From: a virus
Taxonomy: Duplodnaviria > Caudoviricetes
Reading direction: 5' to 3' (one strand)
DNA: 40,392 bases
IMG/VR virus record: IMGVR_UViG_3300030376_003333
Span: 1 to 40,392 of that record
Shown: in pieces, positions 22,916 to 34,400 of the stretch
How the letters are laid out: each line of letters starts with the position of its first letter
Numbering within the stretch: position 1 is the stretch's first letter
Translations under genes and position numbers: made by a program
The notes under the pieces: model-generated
The model's input: the letters and a program-made list of their open reading frames with translations, nothing else
The model's database searches: none
Told to the model about the DNA's origin: nothing

Positions 22916-23902
22916 ATGACTAATATAACCAATTTAGCGCGGCCCAATGCCGTCAATGGTGCTACCTCAAACGCATATGCGGATAAGTATAGCACCGCGT
23001 TAAAGCTGTTTAGTGGAGAAGTTTTTAATGCTTTCAACTCAGCTTCAATTGCAGAAGGATTAGTTCGTAGCTATACCCTAAGAGGAGCGAAATCAAAACA
23101 ATTTTTGCTGACTGGTAAACTTTCTGCGGGTTATCACACACCTGGCCAGCCAATATTAGGGGATACACCTATCAAGGCTAATGAGAAGACTATCCTAATG
23201 GATGATCTCCTTGTTGCGAGTCAATTTGTATACTCGCTTGATGAGATAATTTCTCAATACTCCCAGCGAGCAGAAATAAGTAAGCAAATCGGAGAGGCTT
23301 TAGCTAAGCACTATGATGAGCGTATCTTCAAGGTACTTGACATCGCTTCCCGTGAAGCTTCTGTAGTAACTGGTGAGCCTGGAGGCTTCGAGGTTTCTAT
23401 TGGCTCTGGTAAGCAGTATGACGCACAAGCTATCGTTGATGGTTTCTTTGAATCAGCAGCTGTCCTAGACGAGCGCAACGCTCCTCAAGAAGGCAGAGTA
23501 GCGGTTCTAAACCCACGTCAATATTATAGTTTGATCTCTTCTGTTGATACAAACATCTTGAACCGTGAAATCGGTAATGATCAAGGTGATATGAACAGTG
23601 GTAAGGGTCTTGTCTCTATTGCAGGTATCAGAATCCTTAAGTCAAACAACCTTCCATTTATGGCTGCTTACAACAGTGCTGTAACTGGTGAGAATAATGA
23701 CTACACAGATGCAAACGCTACTACAGCTGGTCTTATCTTCCATAGAGAAGCTGCTGGTGTAGTTAAAGCTGTTGCTCCATCAATCGAAACAACCTCTGGA
23801 TCATTTAGGGTTCAGTACCAAGGAGATTTGATTGTCGGAAAACTTGCTATGGGCGTTGGTTCTTTAAGAACTTCTGTAGCTGGTTCACTTCAAGCTAAAT
23901 AA
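22916..23902 (+). CDS. Major capsid protein (T7 gp10-like)
   Basis: ALKLFSGEVFNAF, GAKSKQF, YHTPG, EKTILMDDLL, RILKSNNLP; follows the scaffold. Confidence 0.97.
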   Translation: MTNITNLARPNAVNGATSNAYADKYSTALKLFSGEVFNAFNSASIAEGLVRSYTLRGAKSKQFLLTGKLSAGYHTPGQPILGDTPIKANEKTILMDDLLVASQFVYSLDEIISQYSQRAEISKQIGEALAKHYDERIFKVLDIASREASVVTGEPGGFEVSIGSGKQYDAQAIVDGFFESAAVLDERNAPQEGRVAVLNPRQYYSLISSVDTNILNREIGNDQGDMNSGKGLVSIAGIRILKSNNLPFMAAYNSAVTGENNDYTDANATTAGLIFHREAAGVVKAVAPSIETTSGSFRVQYQGDLIVGKLAMGVGSLRTSVAGSLQAK

Positions 23903-23916
23903 TTTAATACCCATAT

Positions 23917-23936
23917 GGCCCCTTCATTGGGCCTTT
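23917..23936 (+). terminator. Weak hairpin after the capsid gene (T-phi position)
   Basis: ggccc-cttcatt-gggcc-ttt; short U tract. Confidence 0.4.
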
Positions 23937-23962
23937 GGGCTTCTCATTCCCTAAGTAAATAA

Positions 23963-24565
23963 ATGGCAACAACAAAGAAAGCCTCTACATTAGCGGCTGT
24001 GAATACAGTTATATCTAATGTAGGACAGGCACCTGTAACCAGCTTGGAATCAGGGAACCCATTAGTAGAGATGGCTGAGCAGATACTGCATGAAGTATCT
24101 AGAGCTGTACAGGCAGAGGGTTGGATCTTTAATACTGAATACTGTTATCCCTTTCCTTTAGATGGTAGCGGTAATATTGAAATCCCTACTGATATACTTT
24201 CACTTGATACATCTCCACGTAGTGATACTAATGTCATCATTCGTAGAGGCAAGCTCTATAACAAGACAAAACATACATATACATTCACTGAAGATCAGGA
24301 ATTAGATGTTGTATGGCTCTTTGACTTTGAAGATCTACCAGAAGCATTTAAAAACTATATAACCGTTAGAGCCGCTAACCTCTTTGCAGGTAGAGCTGTT
24401 GGTTCTCAAGAAGCTGTTCGTTTTGGAGAGCGTGAAGAGTTATTAGCTAGAGCAACAGTTCTAGAATATGACACTAATCAAGGTGATTATACTATCTTCA
24501 GTGATAGAGATAATGGCAATACATATGACTCTTATAGACCTATAGACACTTTATTGAGATATTAA
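23963..24565 (+). CDS. Tail tubular protein A / adaptor (T7 gp11-like)
   Basis: LAAVNTVISNVGQAPV, VQAEGWIFNTE, FEDLPEAFKNYI. Confidence 0.95.
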   Translation: MATTKKASTLAAVNTVISNVGQAPVTSLESGNPLVEMAEQILHEVSRAVQAEGWIFNTEYCYPFPLDGSGNIEIPTDILSLDTSPRSDTNVIIRRGKLYNKTKHTYTFTEDQELDVVWLFDFEDLPEAFKNYITVRAANLFAGRAVGSQEAVRFGEREELLARATVLEYDTNQGDYTIFSDRDNGNTYDSYRPIDTLLRY

Positions 24566-24566
24566 T

Positions 24567-27500
24567 ATGGCGGCTATATCGCAACAGATACCCAACCTTC
24601 TAGGTGGAGTTAGCCAACAACCTGATCCTATTAAATTACCTGGTCAAGTTAGATCAGCTAAGAATGTTCTATTAGATCCCACCTTTGGATGTAAAAAACG
24701 ACCTCCTACAAAGTTTATAAAAGAGCTAGCTACAGACATACCTGAAACTGCTACGTGGTTTCCCATTATTAGAGATGAACGTGAAAGGTATGTTGTCTGT
24801 ATATATAAGGACAGCAGTAATGCAACTCAAATAAAAGTCTGGGAAGCTGACACCGGTACATCTAGAACCGTTACCGTATCAGGTGATGCTGCTAACTATC
24901 TAACTGTATCTAAAGTAGAGAACTTAAAAACTCTGACCATCAATGACTACACACTCCTCTGTAATACAGAGAACCCTGTGTCTATGTCTACAAGTTCTAT
25001 ACCTGTAGATGGAGAGGAAGCTTTAATAGTTGTAAATCAGGTTGCTTATAATACTAATTACACTATTGACTTTCTAAAAGATGGTCAAGCTGCTGTTCAG
25101 GAAAAGGTTTACAAAGCTAAGAAACTCACTATCTCTCCTGGTTCTTTCACTGAGGTAGATGGGGGTAACTGTACCAAATCAGGTTCTGTTACTTCTACTA
25201 AGACTAGTGGAACTAAAACAGGCTTAGGTTTCACTATTACTACTAACTGTCGGCCTACACTTGTAACTGACGAAGAAGAAGGGGAACCATATCCAACCAA
25301 GATGAATAAGGTTGGTGGTGATGACAACCTTTATGGTGCTGCTCAACATGGTGATGTTGATGCAAGGGCTGTTGGTTCATACTTATATTCCAACCACACA
25401 GTAACCATAGGTAGCAAAACAATCAGCTTTACCTTTGAGATGCAGGTTGAAAATATTGGTACTGATGAAACACCTGTTAAGGCATATAGATGGAGAAGTG
25501 TCTCTATTAATTCCTATACAGGAATTGGTTGGACTACAGGACTTGCCTTCTCTGTAACTCACATGGACTTTCAGATTACAGCTATCCAATCACCTCCTAC
25601 AACTAGTACCTATTCCTATAAGTCTGTCTATACCGCTAAGGTAAGGATGAATAATGCTGGTCAACATTGGAGAGCAGGAGACACAGTAACAGAAACCTTA
25701 AATGGAAAGACCTACACCATCACAGTTGAAGAAGATGATTTTGGTTTTAACTATGCAACTGATAACCAGGTAACATATACCAGTGCTACAGATGCCTCTA
25801 ATGGAACTTTAAATATTGGTGCAATTACATCAGCTTTAACAGCGGGTGTTAGTGCATTAGCTGATTATACGGCTACGGCTATAGGTAATGTAGTTCATAT
25901 TAAACGAGATGATGCTCGATCTTTTAACATTCAAGCTAGAGGAGGAACTACTAATAATGCCCTCGAAGCAATAAAAGGATCAGTAAATGATATATCAATG
26001 CTGCCAGCTCAGGGTGTACCTGGGATGGTACTTATGGTTAGAAATAGCCAGGATTCAGATAATGATGATTACTTTGTAAAGTTCGTCTCTTCATCTGGTG
26101 ATATACCTGGAATGGGGGCTTGGGAAGAAACGGTTAAACCTGGTATTCCTACAGACTTAAACCATTCAACAATGCCTCATGTCCTCATCAGAGAATCAAA
26201 TGGTGATTTCACAGTAAGACCTTTAAGTAGTCAATACGATGAAGCTCTCCACTGGGCAGGTCGTGAGGTAGGTGATGAAAATACAAATCCAGCTCCTACT
26301 TTTGTAGATAGGAGTATCACAGATATGTTCTTCTTTATGAACCGCTTAGGTTTCTTATCTGGAGATACTGTGATAATGAGCCAACCTGGAGACTTCTTTA
26401 ATTTCTTCCAGAGTTCTGCTATTGCTTTATCAGATGCTGACCCTATTGATATGTCAGCCTCGTCTACTAAGCCTGCAACTCTGAAAGCTGCTTTAGGAAC
26501 AGCTAAGGGTCTTTTACTCTTTGCTGAAAACAGTCAGTTCCTTTTATCTACTACTGAAACAGCCTTTGGTCCCTCTACTGTCAAGATGACAGAGATCTCT
26601 AACTATGCTTATACCTCCAAGGTTAAGCCTGTTGAGTCTGGAGTATCAGTAATGTTTAGTACTGAAGCTGATACCTACAGTAAGGTGTTCGAGATGGCTT
26701 TGGACTCTATTGATAATAGACCTGTAGTTTCAGAAAACACTCGTATAATTCCTGAGTTTATTCCTCCCAACCTAACCCTTTCTACTGCTAGTGCTAATAA
26801 TAGTTTTGTAGCTTATGGAGATGGTACTAAGACCTTATATACCTTTAAGTTCTTTAACGTAGGGAATGAGAGAAGCTTAGCCGGATGGACTACCTGGGAG
26901 TTTCCAGCAAATGTACGTCTCTTAGAATTTGCCCATGATACTGGCTTTGTTGTCATGTATAACGATGGTTCCTATATATTAGATAAATTAGAATTCTTAG
27001 ATGATCCAGACGTATCTCCTATAAGTGTTTTAAATAATAAATTCCTACCACGTATAGATAACTTCGTCTTTGATACAGATGTAACTGAAGTAGCAGGAAC
27101 ATCACTCACTAAGCTGAGATTCCCCGCTGGTTCCTATGTGGTTGGAGCTACTCCAAATGTAGTCTTTACTCAACAGGGTAACGCCACAGTATTTCAACGT
27201 CCTGCTATTCAGAGCGATGGTACTGGTTACTACGTTGAGGTTGCAAATGATCTAGCCGCTACTCCTTATATATTGGGGTTGGATTATGATATGGAAGTAG
27301 AACTACCAGCTATACACGTTACTAATGAGAAGAAATCAGATAGAAAGAATCCTCCTTTAGTAGAGACAGTCTATTTAGACTTATATCTCTCTGGAAGATA
27401 TACCGCTGATATACTACGTCTAGGTTATGACACTAGAACAGTTGATTTAGATGTAACCCAATCAGATGTTTATTTTGCTGATACACCTGCTGTTAAGGAA

Positions 27501-27641
27501 GTATCAACCGTATCCATCCCAACATTCTGTAGGGGTGATTATATGACTATCAAAGTTAAAGCTTCAGATCCATTACCCGCCTCTATTACCAGTTACAGCT
27601 GGGAAGGGCATTACACCAATCGAGGGATAAACCTTTTATGA
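24567..27641 (+). CDS. Tail tubular protein B / nozzle (T7 gp12-like)
   Basis: ISQQIPNLLGGVSQQPD, KRPP, MPHVLIRE, R.VGDE.TNP.P.F, FFMNRLGFL. Confidence 0.95.
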   Translation: MAAISQQIPNLLGGVSQQPDPIKLPGQVRSAKNVLLDPTFGCKKRPPTKFIKELATDIPETATWFPIIRDERERYVVCIYKDSSNATQIKVWEADTGTSRTVTVSGDAANYLTVSKVENLKTLTINDYTLLCNTENPVSMSTSSIPVDGEEALIVVNQVAYNTNYTIDFLKDGQAAVQEKVYKAKKLTISPGSFTEVDGGNCTKSGSVTSTKTSGTKTGLGFTITTNCRPTLVTDEEEGEPYPTKMNKVGGDDNLYGAAQHGDVDARAVGSYLYSNHTVTIGSKTISFTFEMQVENIGTDETPVKAYRWRSVSINSYTGIGWTTGLAFSVTHMDFQITAIQSPPTTSTYSYKSVYTAKVRMNNAGQHWRAGDTVTETLNGKTYTITVEEDDFGFNYATDNQVTYTSATDASNGTLNIGAITSALTAGVSALADYTATAIGNVVHIKRDDARSFNIQARGGTTNNALEAIKGSVNDISMLPAQGVPGMVLMVRNSQDSDNDDYFVKFVSSSGDIPGMGAWEETVKPGIPTDLNHSTMPHVLIRESNGDFTVRPLSSQYDEALHWAGREVGDENTNPAPTFVDRSITDMFFFMNRLGFLSGDTVIMSQPGDFFNFFQSSAIALSDADPIDMSASSTKPATLKAALGTAKGLLLFAENSQFLLSTTETAFGPSTVKMTEISNYAYTSKVKPVESGVSVMFSTEADTYSKVFEMALDSIDNRPVVSENTRIIPEFIPPNLTLSTASANNSFVAYGDGTKTLYTFKFFNVGNERSLAGWTTWEFPANVRLLEFAHDTGFVVMYNDGSYILDKLEFLDDPDVSPISVLNNKFLPRIDNFVFDTDVTEVAGTSLTKLRFPAGSYVVGATPNVVFTQQGNATVFQRPAIQSDGTGYYVEVANDLAATPYILGLDYDMEVELPAIHVTNEKKSDRKNPPLVETVYLDLYLSGRYTADILRLGYDTRTVDLDVTQSDVYFADTPAVKEVSTVSIPTFCRGDYMTIKVKASDPLPASITSYSWEGHYTNRGINLL

Positions 27642-28117
27642 ATTTAATCCGAGAAGCCACCTTTAAGGATGGCCTCTTGGTTGCTAAGAATATACGTCTG
27701 GAAGATAAAGCGGAATTAGAGGGATTTGGTGAAGGCCTTCTCTCTATTCCGTTAGGTATCTTATCTAGTGAGCATCCTGTGGTTTTTTATTCACCAGCAG
27801 GGGAACTTGCTGGAGTAGCAGGTGTAGTCAGATTAGATAACCAAGTTGGTCAAATATGGATGCTATGCACTCCGGTCATTATGGAACATCCCATTACCTT
27901 TGTTAGACAAGCAAAGAAATGGCTGATGAGCATACAAGGAGAGTATCAACTCTTATGGAATCTTGCTGATGCAAGGAACCAAGTCCATCACAAACTTTTA
28001 AAACATCTGGGATTTAAAGCCCTGAGAACGGTCCCAGTTGGGCCAAATAATCTTCCGTACTTAGAAATAGTAAAATTATGTGTATCGCCGCCGCTGCAAT
28101 CCCAGCAGCCACTTTAG
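27638..28117 (+). CDS. T7 gp13-like protein (acetyltransferase-like fold)
   Basis: GQIWMLCT, LLWNLADARNQVHHKLLKHLGF; synteny after gp12. Confidence 0.85.
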   Translation: MNLIREATFKDGLLVAKNIRLEDKAELEGFGEGLLSIPLGILSSEHPVVFYSPAGELAGVAGVVRLDNQVGQIWMLCTPVIMEHPITFVRQAKKWLMSIQGEYQLLWNLADARNQVHHKLLKHLGFKALRTVPVGPNNLPYLEIVKLCVSPPLQSQQPL

Positions 28118-28884
28118 CTATAGCAGCAGTTGGGACAGCAGCTTCAGTAGGTATGGGCATCGCGTCAGCCAACCAACAGGCGGCGACAGCTCAAGAATCA
28201 ATGAATGCCCAAGCACATGCTCAACAAGTGCAGTTACAGGCATCTAGAGATCAAGCAATATTACAGCAACAACAACATCGTCAATCTTTAATACTCCAAC
28301 AGAAGCAAGCACAGCAAGCTCAAAACCTTCAGATTCAGCAGGCTAACGCTAGTACACTGAATACCTATAATCAGCAACTGGATATTGCAAAGACGCAACG
28401 TGCTGGCATTATGCGTCAGAATGAAGTTGATAGACAGAATTATCAAAGTTCAGTTGAAACATCTAGACAACAGATAGCTCTTAATAATGAAGCTGCTAAT
28501 AGATCTTATGTAGCTGATCAAGCAAAGATAACTGAAGCTAAGAAATTAGCTGCATTTGAACAACAAACTGCATTGGCTAAATCTATTGGAGCTAGAGGAA
28601 CAATCCTTGCGTCTGGTAGAACTGGACAATCCATTGGTCTACTAGTTCAAGACGTTGATAGACAAAAAGGATTCGCAGAAGCACAGAGTTTAGCAACCTT
28701 AGATTCTAAGAGAGATCAAGCACTTATCTCAATGGAAGGTAACTGGATTGCTTCTCAAAGTGCTAACGCTAAAGCTGAATCAGAAGTTGGTTTTAGTCCC
28801 ACTGATCCATATATGCCTAAAGACCCAACCCGCCCTGCCTTTATTGATGGTATAGGCTTATCTATAGAGAATCCTTATGAGTAG
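28078..28884 (+). CDS. Internal virion protein (gp14-like)
   Basis: MC start, hydrophobic N-terminus, Q/A-rich helices, SGRTGQS motif; synteny. Confidence 0.75.
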   Translation: MCIAAAAIPAATLAIAAVGTAASVGMGIASANQQAATAQESMNAQAHAQQVQLQASRDQAILQQQQHRQSLILQQKQAQQAQNLQIQQANASTLNTYNQQLDIAKTQRAGIMRQNEVDRQNYQSSVETSRQQIALNNEAANRSYVADQAKITEAKKLAAFEQQTALAKSIGARGTILASGRTGQSIGLLVQDVDRQKGFAEAQSLATLDSKRDQALISMEGNWIASQSANAKAESEVGFSPTDPYMPKDPTRPAFIDGIGLSIENPYE

Positions 28885-31345
28885 AATAAAAACAGCAGAC
28901 AAGGCAGGTACCACTTATAAGGGATCTGCCAAAGGAGCGGCTAAGTTTACCCCCCAGAAAGCAGCTAGTAAAGATAAAGCAAATAAAGAAAGAAAGGCTG
29001 CACTAAATAAAGATATTAAAGCTGAACAGCTAGAACTACAGCAAGTACAGGCTGCTCAGACATTAGAACTTAAGTCAAGGCAAATTGCTACATCTGGCCA
29101 GTTAAAGGTAGGACAACTGCAAGAAACAGCTAAGCTCAAGATGGAGCATCTACAAGATGCTGCTAACTTAACTCTATTAAATCAAAGTAAAGAAAGCCAA
29201 GCTAATCTTGAAGTTAGTAAGGTTCAATATGATGGTGGTCTAAAAAGTGCAAATCTAAATCTTATTAATAGTATTGCTCAGCTTTCGCTTAGCTTTGCTG
29301 GTAAGGCTCTAGATTATTCACAGGTCCATCAAGCTAACAAAGCTAAACAGGCAAGTGTTACTGAGTTGTTTGGTTTAGTAGATAATGGTACTTCTTTAAA
29401 AGTAGATACTGCTAAAGCTGAAGAGACTGACTTCACTCAACAGATAATCAATGGAGAGAAAGCTATTGATAAGGTAGCTGGAGCAGATAGTCAATTAGCT
29501 AATACTTTAAGAGAAGATACACAGAACCAGATACTAGCTAGACAGACTAGAGAACTCACGGTTAACCAAGCTAACGAACAGCTCCCTGGTTACATGAAAA
29601 CCTTTATGGGTAGTGATATAAAGCTCCATACTCCTGATGGTAGAACTATCACACCTTTAACAGTCTCTAATCAACAAGATTTAAACTGGGTAATTAAACA
29701 AGGTTTTTCAATCTTTGCTCAAGAGAATGGTCTTGATAAGATGCCTACTGCTCAGCTAGCAAGTGTACTAGCTCCAACAGCCAGACAGATAATGCAGAAT
29801 ACCTCTGCTCGTATTGGTCAAGAGATAGTTACTAACCGCATTGAGGAAGCAAAGCTAAATGCTAAAGAAATGGCTATGTCTAATCTCTCTAATGGGATGG
29901 ATATATCTGATGTATATCAAAAGTATGCAGCACAACTTTTTGCAAGTGGTGGTTATAGAGGAGCTAGAGGACAAGCTGGTGAGGATGCTTTACTAGGTCT
30001 AATTGACTATGCAAAGGCTACTAATAGAGAAGATATTATTGAGAAACTTCGTTTAACTTATAAAGTCTATAAAGGTGATGGTACTCCTAACTCTGGTACT
30101 CAGTTTGGTAAGATTGCAACAGGAGTATTAGATCAAGCTGATCTTGAAATAGCTAAGAATAAAATCAAGCTATTAGAAGATACTAAAGGTCTAGCTAAGT
30201 TTGATGTACAAGAGACATTAAATGATCGTCTTGCTGATCTTGCAGAAGCTGGCGATGATGAGGATAAACAGAATCTAATCAACCAAAACGCTATAAATAC
30301 ATTAGAAAACTTAGGAACTAACGAAGGCCGTCTTGAAGCTCAGAGACTAAAAAACTTAGGAACTAACTATAGTCCTTATACATATACCTCTATGGTTGAA
30401 GCTGTAGAGACAGATGGTGCTACCTATTCAAATGAAGAGCTAGCTCAACTTGTATTAAACAGAGATCTAAAAGTTAGTGAAGCTCAAGCCTTAGGCTGGA
30501 GACCTAATGAAAAAGCTTCTGTTGATGATGCAACTAACTCCATTATGGAGAAGTTCAATGTCTATTCAACTTCTAAGAGCATGTCTACTGCTTTAGTTAA
30601 AACTGTTATGGATAGGGTAGTTGATCTTGAGGAGGTAGATAAAGCTAATGTTACCTTTACTCTAGGAGCAAACCTTATAGGTAATTTAGATAAGCGTATA
30701 CAGACAGAAGTAGTTGATTTCCTTAAAGCGAATCCAGAGGCTTCGGCTACTGATATTCGTACTAAGTTAAATGAGATCAACACATCACTCACTCAAGAGA
30801 TTTCTGGAGTAAGTTTTGATACTGATAGTAAATCCTTTAGAGGTTACTACTGGGATGGAACAAGTCCTGAATTTGAGACAGGTGCAGTAGTCAAAATGGT
30901 TAGAGAGACTGGTAGTTCCTATCTGATTTTCTCTAATAGATCTACAAAGTTCTTACAGGAAAATATATCAGATATAGAACCTCTTAATGATCAACTACTA
31001 ACTAGAACAGAGCTAATGGAAGCAGCTAGTGGTAAATTCTCTCAAAGAGTAAAGGATGTAGCATTTGCTTTAAATACTAATCCAGAAACTTTAGTAAGGA
31101 TGCAAGCTAGGGCTTATAGATTAGAGGAATCAGCATATGCGAATCTAGAGTTTCCTGATATAGCTGGTATTGATGTAGAGATCACAAGATCAAATATAAA
31201 AGAACTAAGTCTGAAGTATCTAGGTAAAAAGATCAGTTGGAGACAATACAAAAGAGATCCTTCTGTACTAACCAACATTGCTGATCGTGATTGGGATGAA
31301 CATGGTAAGCCAGAGTTAATCCTAAAAAGAGTAGACGGTAAATAA
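28877..31345 (+). CDS. Internal virion protein (gp15-like)
   Basis: 822 aa helical protein in the gp15 position; assignment by synteny only. Confidence 0.7.
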   Translation: MSRIKTADKAGTTYKGSAKGAAKFTPQKAASKDKANKERKAALNKDIKAEQLELQQVQAAQTLELKSRQIATSGQLKVGQLQETAKLKMEHLQDAANLTLLNQSKESQANLEVSKVQYDGGLKSANLNLINSIAQLSLSFAGKALDYSQVHQANKAKQASVTELFGLVDNGTSLKVDTAKAEETDFTQQIINGEKAIDKVAGADSQLANTLREDTQNQILARQTRELTVNQANEQLPGYMKTFMGSDIKLHTPDGRTITPLTVSNQQDLNWVIKQGFSIFAQENGLDKMPTAQLASVLAPTARQIMQNTSARIGQEIVTNRIEEAKLNAKEMAMSNLSNGMDISDVYQKYAAQLFASGGYRGARGQAGEDALLGLIDYAKATNREDIIEKLRLTYKVYKGDGTPNSGTQFGKIATGVLDQADLEIAKNKIKLLEDTKGLAKFDVQETLNDRLADLAEAGDDEDKQNLINQNAINTLENLGTNEGRLEAQRLKNLGTNYSPYTYTSMVEAVETDGATYSNEELAQLVLNRDLKVSEAQALGWRPNEKASVDDATNSIMEKFNVYSTSKSMSTALVKTVMDRVVDLEEVDKANVTFTLGANLIGNLDKRIQTEVVDFLKANPEASATDIRTKLNEINTSLTQEISGVSFDTDSKSFRGYYWDGTSPEFETGAVVKMVRETGSSYLIFSNRSTKFLQENISDIEPLNDQLLTRTELMEAASGKFSQRVKDVAFALNTNPETLVRMQARAYRLEESAYANLEFPDIAGIDVEITRSNIKELSLKYLGKKISWRQYKRDPSVLTNIADRDWDEHGKPELILKRVDGK

Positions 31346-31372
31346 AGACCAATAAATTCGCATTTAAAAATG

Positions 31373-31402
31373 TTGTGGGGGTGTATTCGTACGCCTCTGC
31401 AA
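31373..31402 (+). other. 13-bp G-U-rich hairpin with UUCG loop
   Basis: ttgtgggggtgta-ttcg-tacgcctctgcaa in the gp15/gp16 gap; no U tract. Confidence 0.55.
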
Positions 31403-31429
31403 ATTAGATTTCATCATTATCTATAAGAA

Positions 31430-34400
31430 ATGGCACAAAACACAGATGGCATAGGGGGAAAACCTATTGACCATGATGATAGCGTTGATGAGTCAACCAC
31501 TACATCGCAAGAAACAACTAAAGGACCCGTATCAAACTTTGAAGCAGGTCGAGAGGCATTAACTGCAGAATTAGCTGATGTTGAAATCCCTAAAGGATGG
31601 GAACCTTTAGAAGCTGTAGAGCAAGCTTATGCAAGTATTAGAGATTTTGCAGATAACACTTTTCAAGGTGATCTAAGGACTAAAGAAGAGATCCTTCAAG
31701 ATAGAAAGAATCTAACCTTACAAGGTTGGAAAAATGAGGCTGAGAGAAAAAGACTTCTCGATGAAGCAACCTTTAAAGATGCTCCTCTTACAGTAATAGC
31801 TAGAGAAGGTGTTAGAGCGCCTATAGGTGGTGTAGCCGCTTCAATTGAAAACCTTGGAGAAGGTGCTGAGTTCTTAGGTGATACTGCTAAATCACTCATA
31901 TCTAAAACAGGTATCATTGAAGTCGATGAAGAGGATATACCCTGGTCATCTGCTTATGAATCTGCTCATTGGGATTTAGGAGTAGCTGAGAATAAAACAG
32001 CTGTAGGTAACTTCTCAAGGGAGATGATTGGCCTAATCATCAACATGAAGCAGCTAGCTGGTCTAGGTATAGGTATTGGTGGTGGAGCAACAATTAAAAG
32101 TCGTTTAGCCAGTGAAACCCTTAGGGGTGCAATTGTTGACTTTGTGATTGACCCAGGTGAGGGAAACCTTTCCAATATTGTTCAAGACTCTAAGTACGCC
32201 AACATCCTTTCTAAAGCATTAGCTCATAAGGATGATGATAACCAATACATCCAACGACTTAAGAATATGGTTGAAGGTGGGACTATTGGTATTGCAGTTG
32301 ATGGTCTTACAGAAACCTATAGTGTTATTAGAGAAGCTCGTAGACTTGTTAAGACTGGTATTCCTGCTGAGAGTGCTGTAGATCAAGCCTTAATTAACCT
32401 TAGAAGAAAAGAGATCCTTAGAGGTCAATGGGAAGATGGCTCAGAAGAAGCTATTGAACAAGCAGCTATAAGGAAATCAGCTAACTACAATCCTGAGATC
32501 TCTAATAAGGCTCCTAAGGAAGGTGGTGTTAGTCAGAAACGAGAACTTGTTGAAGCTGAAATAGCTATGGCTACTGATGGGAGATTGAAAAACCCATTAA
32601 ATATGAAAAACCGTAGCACCCTAGAAATTGAAGGTGATCTAGGAGCTAATGCTAAAGGTAGAGCTGATTGGCAATTCTTTAGAAACAAGAGCGGTAACAT
32701 CGAACTATCTTGGGATGTCTCTTTAGTTAAGGGTAAGCTCTCTCTAGGGAAGATGAAGACCCAATTCAAGAAGATGGTATCTGATGGTAAGTTCAGAGTA
32801 GGTGAAACCTTAGAGAACCATCCTCTATCTGATTCAGCACATTCATCGACTAAAGATAAAAGAGCCATATCAGAGTGGCAAGCTAAGAAGGAAAAACTCA
32901 ACGCAGTTAGACAAGCTTTAATAGAGAATCCTGATGAGCAGTTAGATGCTGCTGCTAGAAGGCTATTTGAAGAAGTACAGGCTGGTATTAAAGATCCAGA
33001 CGCTAGACGTGCTTGGGATAGTTTGGAAGAAGGTGATGAAGCTCTTAATTATTATCGTAAGCAAGCTGCAAAAGTTGATCCTAGAACTAACCCAGGTCCA
33101 GTACCTAACAAGAGATCTCGTATCTATGAAAGGATGGGGTTTGGCCCTCTTATAGATGATGAGGTTCAGTATGCAAGAGTTGTTGATGATCCTGAGAAAG
33201 GAATCATACTCAAGCCTGTTGGTAAGGATGGCAAGATCATTGAACCTCATAAAATAGAGAATGATCTAAATTCTGCAAAGGTTGGAGGAGAAGGAAAGTT
33301 TGAACCTCAAGAACGTCAAGTACGTGTAGATTCTGATGATATAGAAGATGTAGTTGAGTCATTTGCTAAAACTACAGACTCTGTTGATGGTAGTGCTAAA
33401 CACGCTTCTAGTGATGCTGATTTTGAAGATATGAACACTGTTCAAGACTTCAGTAAGTATATAGAAGAGAGAGCTGAATGGATTGACATTGATGAAATCA
33501 ATAGACGTCTAGGACCTCAAGCTGTTGAATATCATGAAAGGGTTTTAAAAGATCTTGCTAGTTTTGCTTTAGATGGAAGACTTGATCATTTAGAGAATCT
33601 ATTAACAAAAGGTGATCAAGGTATTAGAGGAACAGGTGCTGGTGGTGCCGTTATCTTAGATACTCTTGTAAAAGATACATCTAATCAGCTTCTAGAAATA
33701 GCTAACGTCATTAGAGAATTAGATGAAATAGATGCTGACTTCTCTAAGCAAGCTTTAGATCTACTTGAAAGACAGAGAGCTCTAGTAAAGCTTAAGAAGG
33801 AATCAACTATATTCGCTAGCTATAACCTCCAGAACTGGAAAGATATCCCTCTAGATATCTCTCGTACTATGGATGAAGCAGCAGAGACTATTGATAAAGA
33901 GTTTGATAAAATAACTGAACTACTCAAGTCTACAGATATTGTAGATGGTGTAGAAGTTAAGAAACAGATAAGAGGATTCGTTAATGGCTTAATTGCTACT
34001 AATGGAGATCCAACTCGTATCTGGGGCTTCTGGGAGAACTGGCGTAAGTATGGAATGAAAGGACTTAACCAAGCTGCTATTCAGGCATGGTTATCTTCTC
34101 CTGTATCACAGATGAGGAACATTGCGGGTAACACTGTTGTTGCTATTGAACGTCCTTTTGCTCTTGCTGCTGGTCATGCTTTAGAAGGTGACTGGAAGAA
34201 GACAAGAGCTGCTCTTAGTATGTTTGATGGTTTCTTCCAAGCTACTAGAGAATCATTTGCTGTAGCTAAAGAATCAATAGGTAAGGATGGTCCTATTACT
34301 GAAGGGTCTAAGGTTGCTCATTTTGAAGCATCTGCAATGACTCAACAGGTAGAGGCTTTAAAAGGTTTAGCTAAGACTCCTGCTCAGAAATATGCAGCTA

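Noticed and set aside
23880-23962. T7-style 10A/10B capsid frameshift extension
   Set aside because: Only 60 bp separate the capsid and gp11-like genes, and I saw no slippery site or extension ORF.
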